Source: Eledone cirrhosa
Taxonomy: Eukaryota
Assembly: GCA_964016885.1 (NCBI GenBank)
Contig: OZ024758.1
Location: 10,354,001 to 10,418,000 of the forward strand
Length of the DNA: 64,000 bases
Direction: 5' to 3'
The stretch's first letter is position 1; each line of letters begins with the position of its first letter. The translations under genes were made by a program, and so were the position numbers. The notes beneath the pieces were generated by a model. The model saw nothing but the letters and a program-made list of their open reading frames with translations. It was not told where the DNA came from and did no database searches. Below are positions 1-14,020 of this stretch, in pieces.

Positions 1-92
1 AGGGAGACATGATATGAAGCTTAAAAAACACTTGCGAGCAGTGAAGTGTTAAATCAACATATATAAAACTTCACTGCTCGCAAATGTCTCCC

Positions 93-163
93 TATTTTAT
101 CTGATGAGAACGCAAATGTCATCCCATGATGATATTTGTTTTTGAAATGCGCATAATAAAATA
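93..163 (+). ncRNA. Minimal type I hammerhead ribozyme (Penelope-like element/retrozyme type)
   Basis: tattttat-CTGATGA(101-107)-stem II gaacgcaaatgtcatc/gatgatatttgttttt-GAAA(144-147)-TGCGCA-TA-ataaaata. Stem I has 8 complementary bp; AATAAA overlaps its 3' strand. Second copy at 20887-20957. Confidence 0.9.
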
Positions 164-193
164 CTTGGAACTCTTTCAACCATCTTTTGATCT

Positions 194-239
<46 letters not shown>

Positions 240-282
240 ATACTTTGGGAGGGTCATGTTGCCAATAACAAATTTAGAAACG

Positions 283-335
<53 letters not shown>

Positions 336-371
336 CAAATATTAATAAAGTAGATATTCTTTTGATCAATT

Positions 372-428
372 ACATTTTATTATACATATTTCGGATGTAC
401 AACAGTACGTCCTCATCAGACAAAATAT
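372..428 (-). ncRNA. Minimal type I hammerhead ribozyme
   Basis: Minus strand: atattttgt-CTGATGA-ggacgtac tgtt gtacatcc-GAAA-tatgta-TA-ataaaatgt, between (TA)n tracts. Confidence 0.85.
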
Positions 429-495
429 AATGATACATAACGGCATGTACATAGAATTCACACCATCTTATGAACTTACGTACTTTCCAATTCCC

Positions 496-555
<60 letters not shown>

Positions 556-592
556 ATTAAATAAATGGAAACTATATTTATAAAACCATATT

Positions 593-658
593 TATTTCAT
601 TATATATATTTCGGGGATATCATATTAACAATATGCTATGCCTTCCTCAGACAAAATA
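593..658 (-). ncRNA. Minimal type I hammerhead ribozyme
   Basis: Minus strand: tattttgt-CTGAGGA-aggcatagcatatt gtt aatatgatatcccc-GAAA-tatata-TA-atgaaata. Confidence 0.8.
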
Positions 659-983
659 CAATATAAACTGTTTTATAGATAAATAGATTCGACATACCGT
701 AACAACACCGACTTGCATTTGAAGAGGTTGAACTGGCAGTGAAAAAATTTTACACAGAGAGAAAGAAAGAGAAAAAAGAAAGAAAGACAGAAAACGAAGA
801 AAAGGAAGAAAAAGAAGAAATGCATGGAACAAAATAGAGAGATGGAAAGATAGATAAAGAGAAGAATTTCATGTAAAGAAACAGAAAGAGAGATATATAT
901 ATAGAGAGAGAGGAAATAGAGATAGATACATATATATATAGAAAATTAGGTAGTGGGAGGTCAGTTGAGTAAATGTATCAATG

Positions 984-1058
<75 letters not shown>

Positions 1059-1819
1059 TGATAGAGCAGGAGAGAATTATTGCAACATAGCTCGGTACAT
1101 ATTTTTCTCGTCTAAAGCAAGAAACTTTAAGTAATTCTAAAAAAAAAAGTTAAGTATGTTAAAATAATGGCTGAAACATTTAAAATAACAAATTGTTTCC
1201 AGATATAACATTGTTTGGTTACATGAAATTATTTCCTAAGCAAAGATATTCATCGCAAATTATATTGCGTATATAGAAATATATATGTATATCTATCTAT
1301 ATATATATATATACGCACTCACGCAAGAATACATTCTCTCTCACACGCGTACACACCCATTCAGATACACAGAAATACTCATACACACACACTTTCACAC
1401 ACACATATGCAGCTGCAGGAACACAGAGAGAGAGAGAGGCATGAATACCATTCTTCCTAGTAACACGTTCAATATTCTTATCAACTGACAATAAAATTTA
1501 CATATAAGCACAGAGAAATAATTTCTTACATAGAAACATACATACATCCAAATATATATATATATATCTCCAAATATATATATATATATCAGATCAGAGC
1601 AAACATCACGGACGCTCTATCTCAAAATTATTTTTGAAAAGCATTTAGAAATGCGCAACCGGTAAAACTTAGAACCAAAACTGAATACTAACCAATACAA
1701 TTACTAATTCTCATTTATTCCTAATTAAACTAGTTTTCACTGTGAACAATTTGTCAGCATTTTCTATTCCGTTTACCAATATATATATATATATATACTT
1801 GCATCACACATACATAGAT

Positions 1820-2075
1820 GCATCCACAAGAAAAATATGGTCTTCTGAACTCTCTTTACAAAATAAATCAATGGCCCACAATGTTTTTGTTGTGGCTGTC
1901 CTGACACCAACATTTGGACTAATCGATGGGACGCTAGATGAAATCTGAGCCATCGATGTTAAAACCCCACAAATCCTAACCAGCACCGAGAATGTCCACA
2001 TCAACAGTGACATAAACCGCCTCAACCTGAAACGTAAACAGGGTGACAGAGGTTTAACATCAGTCCAGACAGAGC
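1820..2075 (+). mobile_element. R4/Dong-clade non-LTR retrotransposon fragment (RT thumb region), degenerate
   Basis: Reads TRKIWSSELSLQNKSMAHNVFVVAVLTPTFGLIDGTLDEI*AIDVKTPQILTSTENVHINSDINRLNLKRKQGDRGL, matching the remembered R4/Dong pattern 'KILKSELN..NK..AIN..AVPVL.YSFG...W...EL..LD.KTRK.L......H..SD.DRLYL.RK.GGRGL'. Contains an in-frame stop. Confidence 0.75.
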
Positions 2076-2352
2076 GTTTCAGCGCCATATCTACAAACCA
2101 CTATGCATGTCTGAGTGGAATTGGATTTGTAATCTTGAGAGGTTGCGAATTCGATTCTAGAGAGCATAATACAGCAATAGTATATATCAGGTAATAACGC
2201 TTATAAGAAGTTCGAAAAGAGTCTTAACGTTTCAGACGATACTTCTTTATCGAAAGATAAAGAGAGAAGAGATATCTGAAAGAGAGAAGAATGTGTGTAG
2301 CTGCTAGTCAACAATGTTCATTTCTTTACCCCTCTCTCTCTTTATATATATA

Positions 2353-2547
2353 TAGGAACGAGTAGGACCCCGATGGCTGAGCTCAAGCCGTTTCGACGGC
2401 TAATTCTGGACTCCAGAATTAGCCGTCGAAACGGCTTGAGCTCAGCCGTCGAGGTCCTACTCGTTCCTATTACCCACTCTACTACCCTAAGTATTGAGTA
2501 CTTTGCTGCGTTATGGTCCACCTGGTTCCTTACCACATTTCCTTCGT

Positions 2548-2548
<1 letters not shown>
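2353..2548 (+). mobile_element. Palindromic half-hammerhead element (family A) in (TA)n
   Basis: Near-perfect palindrome taggaacgagtaggacccc...ctggactccag...gtcctactcgttccta plus an ~80-bp one-sided tail. Contains GAAA-cggcttgagctcagccg-TC. Other copies: 20545-20739, 32859-33064, 37864-38048, 45270-45450, 45484-45620, 48071-48142, 49378-49570, 53354-53535, 59867-60027. Confidence 0.85.
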
Positions 2549-2583
<35 letters not shown>

Positions 2584-2679
2584 TATATATATATATAGTA
2601 ATAATAATAAATTTGAAGACTAAAATCCAAAGAGGGCTCGATAAGGATAAATATTATCAAATATATAAGAACCGTAGAG

Positions 2680-2743
<64 letters not shown>

Positions 2744-3257
2744 TTATATATATATATATATATATGCTGCGCACGGAAATACATTGCGTTCCAGGTGGTT
2801 TTGCTGTATACTGTATACTTAGCATGCGAGAGCAACGAGAGTTGTTATAAATATTTATAATAGCTAGCAAATTTTGCTCCTAGGGGACACACGTCTGAAC
2901 AACATAGTTTCTATTACCCACTCCCACCCCTAAGATACCCGATATGTTTTCTAACGGAGAGTTTGTTTGTACTCATAGTGAGATATATGTATAAACTTAG
3001 GGCCATGTGTATGTATGGAAACTTATGTAAACATCGTTATAAGGACCGGTTCCGTAATATTCTTCTTCTTCTTCTTCTTCTTCTTCTTCTTCTTCTTCTT
3101 TTCTTCTTCTTCACTTACTGTGTTCTTTTCTTTGACACATTAGACTGCGGCCATGATGGGGCAGCGCATTCACGAGGTTTCAATCGATCACCTCAATTCT
3201 GGTACTTATTTTTTCATCGATTTGTTGTAGTACATAAAGAAATAAAGACATACACAT

Positions 3258-3328
<71 letters not shown>

Positions 3329-3452
3329 GCTTTAAGACTTTTGAAAATGGAAAAAAATGCATGTTATACGAAACATTGTTTAGAAATCTGTGAGACAAGA
3401 TTAGGGAAGCTCGAAAGAAATAAAGGAAAAAAAGACAGAATTTTAATTAAGA

Positions 3453-6088
3453 TTGTTTCTCATTGTTTACAGATTTAAAGTTGTTTCTCATTGTTTACAG
3501 ATTTAAAGTTGTTTCTCATTGTTTACAGATTTAAAGTTGTTTCTCATTGTTTACAGATTTAAAGTAGTTTCTCATTGTTTACAGATTTAAAGTTGTTTCT
3601 CATTGTTTACAGATTTAAAGTTGTTTTTCATTGTTTACAGATTTAAAGTTGTTTCTCATTGTTTACAGATTTAAAGTTGTTTCTCATTGTTTACAGATTT
3701 AAAGTTGTTTCTCATTGTTTACAGATTTAAAGTTGTTTTTCATTGTTTACAGATTTAAAGTTGTTTCTCATTGTTTACAGATTTAAAGTTGTTTCTCATT
3801 GTTTACAGATTTAAAGTTGTTTATCATTGTTTACAGATTTAAAGTTGTTTCACATTGTTTACAGATTTAAAGTTGTTTCTCATTGTTTACAGATTTAAAG
3901 TTGTTTCTCATTGTTTACAGATTTAAAGTCGTTTCTCATTGTTTACAGATTTAAAGTTGTTTCTCATTGTTTACAGATTTAAAGTTGTTTCTCATTGTTT
4001 ACAGATTTAAAGTTGTTTCTCATTGTTTCCAGATTTAAAGTTGTTTCTCATTGTTTACAGATTTAAAGTTGTTTCTCATTGTTTCCAGATTTAAAGTTGT
4101 TTCTCATTGTTTCCAGATTTAAAGTTGTTTCTCATTGTTTACAGATTTAAAGTTGTTTCTCATTGTTTCCAGATTTAAAGTTGTTTCTCATTGTTTACAG
4201 ATTTAAAGTTGTTTCTCATTGTTTACAGATTTAAAGTTGTTTTTCATTGTTTACAGATTTAAAGTTGTTTCTCATTGTTTACAGATTTAAAGTTGTTTCT
4301 CATTGTTTACAGATTTAAAGTTGTTTTTCATTGTTTACAGATTTAAAGTTGTTTCTCATTGTTTACAGATTTAAAGTTGTTTCACATTGATACAGATTTA
4401 AAGTTGTTTCTCATTGTTTACAGATTTAAAGTTGTTTCTCATTGTTTACAGATTTAAAGTCGTTTCTCATTGTTTACAGATTTAAAGTTGTTTCTCATTG
4501 TTTACAGATTTAAAGTTGTTTCTCATTGTTTACAGATTTAAAGTTGTTTCTCATTGTTTACAGATTTAAAGTAGTTTCTCATTGTTTACAGATTTAAAGT
4601 AGTTTCTCATTGTTTACAGATTTAAAGTTGTTTCTCATTGTTTACAGATTTAAAGTTGTTTCTCATTGTTTACAGATTTAAAGTTGTTTCTCATTGTTTC
4701 CAGATTTAAAGTTGTTTCTCATTGTTTACAGATTTAAAGTTGTTTCTCATTGTTTCCAGATTTAAAGTTGTTTCTCATTGTTTACAGATTTAAAGTTGTT
4801 TCTCATTGTTTACAGATTTAAAGTTGTTTCTCATTGTTTCCAGATTTAAAGTTGTTTCTCATTGTTTACAGATTTAAAGTTGTTTCACATTATTTACAGA
4901 TTTAAAGTTGTTTCTCATTGTTTACAGATTTAAAGTTGTTTCTCATTGTTTATAGATTTAAAGTAGTTTCTCATTGTTTACAGATTTAAAGTAGTTTCTC
5001 ATTGTTTACAGATTTAAAGTTGTTTCTCATTGTTTACAGATTTAAAGTAGTTTCTCATTGTTTACAGATTTAAAGTTGTTTCTCATTGTTTACAGATTTA
5101 AAGTTGTTTTTCATTGTTTACAGATTTAAAGTTGTTTCTCATTGTTTACAGATTTAAAGTTGTTTCTCATTGTTTACAGATTTAAAGTTGTTTTTCATTG
5201 TTTACAGATTTAAAGTTGTTTCTCATTGTTTACAGATTTAAAGTTGTTTCTCATTGTTTACAGATTTAAAGTTGTTTATCATTGTTTACAGATTTAAAGT
5301 TGTTTCACATTGTTTACAGATTTAAAGTTGTTTCTCATTGTTTACAGATTTAAAGTTGTTTCTCATTGTTTACAGATTTAAAGTCGTTTCTCATTGTTTA
5401 CAGATTTAAAGTTGTTTCTCATTGTTTACAGATTTAAAGTTGTTTCTCATTGTTTACAGATTTAAAGTTGTTTCTCATTGTTTACAGATTTAAAGTTGTT
5501 TCTCATTGTTTACAGATTTAAAGTAGTTTCTCATTGTTTACAGATTTAAAGTAGTTTCTCATTGTCTACAGATTTAAAGTTGTTTCTCATTGTTTACAGA
5601 TTTAAAGTTGTTTCTCATTGTTTACAGATTTAAAGTTGTTTCTCATTGTTTACAGATTTAAAGTTGTTTCTCATTGTTTACAGATTTAAAGTAGTTTCTC
5701 ATTGTTTACAGATTTAAAGTTGTTTCTCATTGTTTACAGATTTAAAGTTGTTTCTCATTGTCTATAGATTTAAAGTTGTTTCTCATTGTTTACAGATTTA
5801 AAGTTGTTTCTCATTGTTTACAGATTTAAAGTAGTTTCTCATTGTTTACAGATTTAAAGTAGTTTCTCATTGTTTACAGATTTAAAGTTGTTTCTCATTG
5901 TTTACAGATTTAAAGTTGTTTCTCATTGTTTACAGATTTAAAGTTGTTTCTCATTGTTTACAGATTTAAAGTAGTTTCTCATTGTTTACAGATTTAAAGT
6001 AGTTTCTCATTGTTTACAGATTTAAAGTTGTTTCTCATTGTTTACAGATTTAAAGTTGTTTCACATTGTTTACAGATTTAAAGTTGTT
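3453..6088. repeat. 28-bp tandem satellite (TTGTTTCTCATTGTTTACAGATTTAAAG), about 94 copies
   Basis: Direct head-to-tail periodicity of 28 with sparse single-base variants and no spacers. Confidence 0.98.
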
Positions 6089-7410
6089 GAAGAAATGTGT
6101 TAAGATGTCATTTATCAAGATTGATTAGTTAATATATAAGTATAAATTATACTTCAGGTAGGAGACAAGATGGCAGAGTCATTAAAACATCGGATATAAT
6201 AGAATACTTTCCTGTATTAATTCCTGCAAGAAATTATCTGTATTCTATCATGGAGAGGGATGATCTTGAAATACCATATATCACTCCATTGGAGTTAAGG
6301 ACCGGTGGTATAGCGTAGCATATTACAGGTAAAAATAAAGATGCGTAAAGCTAAAACATACATAATGAATGCAAAATTAACTCCTAACACAAAGATTTAG
6401 GAGAAAATATCTTTAAAAGGTTTATTAATTCAAATGATTATAGTGTCGTTATTGTGGACAGGTGGGTGTAAACATTTATAGTATCAGTGGAAAGACTTAA
6501 ATTTTAAATGTGATGCAATAAAAATGATGTCTTGCTAATGCAGTTTTATGTGGTGCAGGACATTAAGAGATAAATAGGTTTATCGTAGTAATAAACGACA
6601 TTTTATATCTGAAGGAGATTGGCTGATTGCAGCTCTCCTCATAAAATGAAATAAAGTTAAACAAAGCTAGGGACAAACTCAAGTTGACATTAAAACAGAA
6701 ATTAAATATAAATCATCAAATTGTTGTAGTTATAAAGTTATTGAGAGTGGAATTATGTGAGTTCAATACTTGAGATTAACTATAGACTAAATAAATATTC
6801 TAAGAACCAGTAATGTTAGTAGGTTATAGAAGTATTAAAATATGGAACTGTTATATATGTATATAAGCTAGAGGTACCAAGTTATGTTTATAAGGAGGAA
6901 TTTGTATGCTCGGCATGTTTAATGAGTGTTTTAGGGTAAATAAAAGATTAAATGGCAATGTAAAACATTAGTAAAGTTTTATAGTGAGTTTGATGTTTGA
7001 TGGGGAATGTATTTTACGACGAAATTAAGGGGCAACTATAACGAAAGAGATTAGGAAAAACAATAAGAAAGGGTAATAAATAGAATGTAAATAGGTAATA
7101 AATAATAGATAATTAGATGCTGTGGGTCGTATGAAGTAAGGTTAAAGTAGTTAACCAAAGTAAGGATTAAATAGAGAGCTCTATAGTGTTAATGTTGGTA
7201 TATTAGGGAATTGATATAGAGTAAGGGTCCCAAACATTTTAGACCATTATATATATATATATATATATGTAAATCAGTGGCCAGTTGAGAGATAGTCCTA
7301 TCGGTTGCCAGTTGCTAATCGCTTTACCGTGTCTGTTATCACAAACAGTCATGACCGGCATGGGCCGGTGTTTGGATTCTGTCGATCGATTGGTTATTGA
7401 TTAGGCGATA

Positions 7411-7520
7411 CCCGCTGATGAAGCCGCATAAGCCGATTGTGCATTGTTGCATAATATATGCAGACAGATGGTGCAGTGCACCTTACTGCTGCATTAGTGC
7501 GGCAGAAACTCGAGTCCGGG
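7411..7520 (+). ncRNA. Type I hammerhead ribozyme with extended stem II
   Basis: cccg-CTGATGA(7415-7421)-agccgca...tgcggca-GAAA(7505-7508)-CTCGAG-TC-cggg. Canonical GUC site. Lies in a ~400-bp island (7270-7670) flanked by (TA)n. Confidence 0.88.
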
Positions 7521-7666
7521 GAACCTTATAGGCACCCGTTTTACGTGTGTTGTGTTGAGGCAAATAACTATGTGTATACTCTGATAATGTATCTTACATT
7601 GCCCATTGACTTCACTGAGATACAACCGGTACTGGCATTGATAAATATGCTGGGTCCGTCAACTCT

Positions 7667-7767
<101 letters not shown>

Positions 7768-7813
7768 TATTGTTATATTTTGGAGGTGTCATGTTGCCAA
7801 TAATTCAGAAACG

Positions 7814-7866
<53 letters not shown>

Positions 7867-8044
7867 TACACACATCTGAAACCTGTTGTATATTATTTTA
7901 TGTATTTTAATTTCTTATACAAACGTAGCGTTTTGGCTCAAATGTTTAATCGATTCCCTGGGTAGTCCCACCAACCCCTGGGCGTTTGGGGGTGAACATC
8001 AACCACTTTAGGGAGCCTGATGTAGAATAGGGTTAATATGTTTA

Positions 8045-8231
8045 ATAATTGTTTCTACTTTTGGCACAAGGCCAGCAATTACCCAGTGCATTACTGGTAC
8101 TTTATTTTTATCGACGCCGTAAGGATGAAAGGCAAAGTCAACCTCGGCGGGATTTGAACTCAGACTGTAAAGGGACGTAACTATGCTGGAAAGCATGGCG
8201 TCCGACCCTCTACCGATATTGCCAATCCACC
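8045..8231 (-). mobile_element. tRNA-derived SINE with Nin-type central domain
   Basis: A-box TGGCAATATCGG, B-box GAGTTCAAATCC, central gcctttcatccttacg.cgtcgataaaa.taaagtaccagt, 3' ggccttgtgcc.aaagtagaaacaatta. Many near-identical copies in the window. Confidence 0.85.
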
Positions 8232-9094
8232 ATAATATATAAAATAGATGATGTGTTCTGCCGTAACAGAATATTTTATGAAAACATTAAAGAAGATATG
8301 TTTCTTGGTTTCAGAAGATTCTGATTGTAAGGTGATTGTTTTAACAGATATTGTCTTCTGAATAGAAGAGAAGAGTTTATAGATATATCAAGTGTGAATT
8401 AGATCATAATAAGTGAGTTAATATTTATTGAAATAGGCGGTGAACTCGCAGATTTGTTAGAATAATTTCACTTATGTTAACTTTGGTTTTCATACTTTTG
8501 GAATCGATAAATAAAATCCCAGTTGAATATTTTACTCGACTCTTCCTCCATCTCTCCCTATATGGATGGACACCTACGACTGTTAAATAAACTTTGAGAA
8601 AAGTTCAGATTTCATGTCAATGGAATTATACATTTAGTGGATGAAGGTATGGCTGAGCGGGGCTCCAGTTTCGCGTACATTGCGTGGCATCTTCAGCAAG
8701 TGTATTGAACCTAACTTGGAATCTATCGAGCACTTAACAATAAAACTGGGACGCTTTATTTACACTTACAGTTAACGTTGTGGTTAACGCATTCACCCGG
8801 TGTTCGGGAGGTGTGGTGGTTCGATTAATGGCAAGCGTCTCTATAATTCAAAGAGCCAGTGATGTCACCCAGTGTCACACTGAATCTTCATGAGAAGTCA
8901 ATGAAGGGGAAATATGTCTGTGAAATACTGAAACAATCAGACATTAAATTTACGAGTTGGAGGTTTCGTTGAATATAGAACTAGAACACTCACCATTGGA
9001 ATCCGTTGGAGAGACAATGAAAGGTAGCTAAAGAGATAGATACACACATACATATGTTGGCGTGTACACACGCACATATATATGTGTGTGTCTC

Positions 9095-9221
9095 TCTCTA
9101 TATATATAATTGTATGTATATATATATAATTGTATGTATATATATAATTGTATATATATATATAATTGTGTATATATAATTGTATATATATATAATTATA
9201 TATATACAAATATATATACAC

Positions 9222-9273
<52 letters not shown>

Positions 9274-9598
9274 GTGTATATATATTTGTATATATATATA
9301 TATATATATACAAATATATATACACAATTATATATATATATATATATAATTGTGTATATATATTTGTATATATATATATATATAATTGTGTATATATATT
9401 TGTATATATATATATATATAATTGTGTATATATATGTATATAATTGTGTATATATATTTGTATATATATATATATATATAATTGTGTATATATAATTGTA
9501 TATATATATATTTGTATATATATATATAATTGTGTATATATATATTTGTATATATATATATATATATAATTGTGTATATATATTTGTATATATATATA

Positions 9599-9648
<50 letters not shown>

Positions 9649-9697
9649 ATATATATATATATACATATAATTGTGTATATATAATTGTATATATATA

Positions 9698-9748
<51 letters not shown>
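9095..9748. repeat. Degenerate (TA)n-based minisatellite with tataattgtg/tatttgta motifs
   Basis: Direct reading. Confidence 0.9.
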
Positions 9749-9750
<2 letters not shown>

Positions 9751-9888
9751 ATATGTAACTATAAACGGATGATTAATAGCGTTCATGCTTATTTTAGTCC
9801 GGCACCTCATCTAATGCAACATTAGCAGCAGTCATCTGGAGTTACAGTTTCATAAAGTTACGGCGTATATTATATTTCATCACAGCTT

Positions 9889-9932
<44 letters not shown>

Positions 9933-9959
9933 CATACTTACATACATACATACATACAT

Positions 9960-10247
9960 ATATGCATACACACATATACATACATACATACATACATGCA
10001 TACATACAGACATACTCAAGTACACTCACTCTCAAACACACTCACACACATATATTATATATTTATATATTCATATGCACACATACTCTTACACATATAC
10101 ATATATATATATATATATATACATACATACATACATGCATACACACATATACATACAGACATACTCAAGTACACTCACTCTCAAACACACTCACACACAT
10201 ATATTATATATTTATATATTCATATGCACACATACTCTTACACATAT

Positions 10248-10337
<90 letters not shown>

Positions 10338-10820
10338 ATACATACATACATACATACATGCATACTCACATATACATACAGACATACTCAAGTACACTCA
10401 CTCTCAAACACACTCACACACATATATTATATATTTATATATTCATATGTACACATACTCTTACACATATATTATACACACGAATATATATATATATATA
10501 TACATACATACATACATACATACATACATACATACATACATGCATACACACATATACATACAGACATACTCAAGTACACTCACTCTCAAACACACTCACA
10601 CACATATATTATATATTTATATATTCATATGCACACATACTCTTACACATATATTATACAGACGGATATATATATACACACACACGCACATATATATATA
10701 TATATACATACATACATGCATACACACATATACATACAGACATACTCAAGTACACTCACTCCTAAACACACTCACACACATATATTATATATTTATATAT
10801 TCATATGTACACATACTCTT

Positions 10821-10854
<34 letters not shown>

Positions 10855-11064
10855 ACATACATACATACATACATACATACATACATACATACATACATGC
10901 ATACACACATATACATACAGACATACTCAAGTACACTCACTCTCAAACACACTCACACACATATATTATATATTTATATATTCATATGCACACATACTCT
11001 TACACATATATTATACAGACGGATATATATATACACACACACGCACATATATATATATATATAT
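9960..11064. repeat. Compound minisatellite, 6 units of variable length built on cagacatactcaagtacactcactctcaaacacactc
   Basis: Core recurs at about 10007, 10156, 10379, 10561, 10737 and 10918, separated by variable TA/TACA tracts. Confidence 0.93.
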
Positions 11065-11347
11065 AAATGAAAGTATAGAAATTATTGTGAGCGTGAAGCC
11101 AACAGTATTTCATAATATATAAGTGACTATAACGTCAAAATGGAAAATAGTTATCGTAAGATGTGGGAAAATAATTCAAACTCAATTAAAAAAAAATCAA
11201 GACATAGATTTATCCACAGAATTTTGTGAAATCCAGGGAAAAATCAATAGAGCCTTAACTCTGAATATAATAAAGTTTAAATACTCATCCTTCAATATAT
11301 ATATACATATATCCACACATACACTAATAGACATGCATGTGTTCGCA

Positions 11348-12170
11348 TACATACGTATATACATACACGTATATACATACACGTATATACATACACGTAT
11401 ATACATACACGTATATACATACACGTATATACATACGTATATACATACACGTATATACATACGTATATACATACAGGTATATACATACACGTATATACAT
11501 ACACGTATATACATACACGTATATACATACGTATATACATACACGTATATACATACGTATATACATACACGTATATACATACGTATATACATACACGTAT
11601 ATACATACGTATATACATACACGTATATACATACGTATATACATACGTATATACATACACGTATATACATACACGTATATACATACACGTATATACATAC
11701 ACGTATATACATACACGTATATACATACGTATATACATACACGTATATACATACGTATATACATACGTATATACATACACGTATATACATACACGTATAT
11801 ACATACACGTATATACATACACGTATATACATACACGTATATACATACACGTATATACATACACGTATATACATACACGTATATACGTGTATGTATATAC
11901 ATACACGTATATACATACACGTATATACATACACGTATATACATACACGTATATACATACACGTATATACATACACGTATATACATACACGTATATACAT
12001 ACACGTATATACATACACGTATATACATACACGTATATACATACACGTATATACATACACGTATATACATACACGTATATACATACACGTATATACATAC
12101 ACGTATATACATACACGTATATACATACACGTATATACATACAGGTATATACATACACGTATATACATAC
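11348..12170. repeat. 14/12-bp minisatellite (ACACGTATATACAT)n
   Basis: Direct periodicity; source of the long YIHTR/YTCM pseudo-ORFs. Confidence 0.97.
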
Positions 12171-12247
12171 CTTACTGGAAAGAGGCGGTGATTGGGCAGA
12201 ATTCTTAGAGATTTGACAAAAAGACTTTCAATATTTGTTCAGATTCT

Positions 12248-12480
12248 AGGGCGGTGGATTGGCAGCATCGGTAGAGCGTCAGACACCATGCTTTGCAGCA
12301 TAGAGTTATAGCCCTTTACGTTCTGAGTTCAAATCCCGCCGAGGTTAACTTTGCCTTTCATCCTTACGGGGTCGTAAAAATAAAGTACCAGTAAAAATAA
12401 AGTACCAGTAATGTACTGGGGTTGATTTAATCGACTTTCCCCCTCCCCAAAATTGTTGGCCTTGTGCCTAAATGCGAAAC
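12248..12480 (+). mobile_element. Nin-type tRNA-SINE nested in an older SINE, with 19-bp TSD
   Basis: caatatttgttcagattct at 12229-12247 and 12481-12499. The flanks (12183-12247 and 12500-12562) join into an older copy of the same SINE type. Confidence 0.9.
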
Positions 12481-13089
12481 CAATATTTGTTCAGATTCTT
12501 TATGATTTGAGTTCTAATCTCACCGAAGTTAACATTGTCTCTCACTCTTCCGGGATCGATTAACTAGACCCCAGTTTTTATTGATACCTCCTTTTATCAA
12601 CCACGGTTTTATGATTGGTAAAGTTAACATCTGCGTTATTCGTAAAGATCCGTAAGTTCAACTTACTGTGACCAACACTCTAACCAATCTACCAATCCAC
12701 CGTCTTGTTTCTATGAAAATATTACCGCCGTAGAAGTTTGAATTTAGTACAGAAAAGTGTTCAGTTTAAGAGGGTGACTAAGATTTGCGATGGGTGATGT
12801 CCCATAATTCAGTTAGTGCTATACGAATCCAATTATCGTCACTTAATTTAACTATTACTAAATTAAGCTAAATTATATTTACTGAAATTAAATTAAATAC
12901 AATGAAATTAAATTAAGTCAACATACATTTAGTGAAAGTTGAGTTATATTATGTTAAATTATATTAATTGAAAGTTACTCGGTGTTATATATACATAAAT
13001 ATAAATAAATATATATATATATATATGTCCCAAGGCTCTGATACCATCAACACTATAAACACAGAGCTGGCATATCTAAGAACTGACTA

Positions 13090-13145
13090 ACTGTCTGATG
13101 AGGTCATAGCCATTCAATGGCTATCATCGAAATATATATAGCAGT
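13090..13145 (+). ncRNA. Minimal type I hammerhead ribozyme
   Basis: actgt-CTGATGA(13095-13101)-ggtcatagccat tca atggctatcatc-GAAA-tatata-TA-gcagt, then AATAAA. Relative at 41000-41054. Confidence 0.9.
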
Positions 13146-13186
13146 AAATAAAGGATTATGAGTTCATGCAATTGACTTATGTTTCG

Positions 13187-13222
<36 letters not shown>

Positions 13223-13399
13223 AACGATTCAATTTACTTTTGCCCACACACACACTTATGTATGTGTGAGACCTACACGTGTGGTCTAACAAAGAAAAAT
13301 GAATAGATCTCATCAAACGGCGTATCTCTCCCATGCTGGTTGATCGTGCTACCAATTACACTGTGTTGACTCTGAACAACACATCCATCCCAATGACAG

Positions 13400-14020
13400 T
13401 TCCAACGACGAGTGTTCCAGTTGTTCGAACAACCAAACAGTCCGCTCAAGAAATTAACCTGCAAAACGCTGAGCATTCCACAAACACGTTCATCTTTAAC
13501 GTAGTTCTCAGGGAGACTCAGCAGGACTATACTGTACAACAGCTCATTTCGAACAACCAAACAGTCTGCTCAAGAAATTAACATGCAAAACGCTGAGCAT
13601 TCCACAAACACGTTCATCTTTAACGTAGTTCTCAGGGAGACTCAGCAGGACTATACTGTACAACAGCTCATTTAAACAACCAAACAGTCTGCTCAAGAAA
13701 TTAACGTGCAAGACGCTGAGCATTCCACAAACACGTTCATCTTTAACGTAGTTCTCAGGGAGACTCAGCAGGACTATACTGTACAACAGCTCATTTCGAA
13801 CAACCAAACAGTCCGCTCAAGAAATTAACATGCAAAACGCTGAGCATTCCACAAACACGTTCATCTTTAACGTAGTTCTCAGGGAGACTCAGCAGGACTA
13901 TACTGTACAACAGCTAATTTGAATTGAAGCTTCCTGAAATAAACTGTTTCGCCAGGAATCGAATTCACAACCTTATGGCCGTAAGCTCTACACACTTAAC
14001 CACTAAGCCACGCTTCTTCA
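13400..14020 (-). mobile_element. Second tRNA-SINE family copy carrying an internal 4 x ~124-bp tandem duplication (13424-13918)
   Basis: Minus-strand head gcgtggcttagtggttaag...gtgaattcgattcctggc. Body homologous to 25583-25850 and 33105-33397. Units start at 13424, 13548, ~13672 and 13795. Confidence 0.8.

Noticed and set aside
3453-6088. CRISPR-like array (28-bp repeat)
   Set aside because: Repeats are contiguous with no unique spacers, there are no cas genes, and the context is eukaryotic.
6130-7240. Strand-biased AT-rich stretch suggestive of an old LINE/PLE ORF
   Set aside because: No motif could be recovered by eye.
8650-8702. Hammerhead-like CTGAAGA...GAAA on the minus strand (similar weak cases at 2220-2260, 9825-9885, 60170-60210)
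   Set aside because: Missing UH site, stem I or core bases; too decayed to call, though probably relics.
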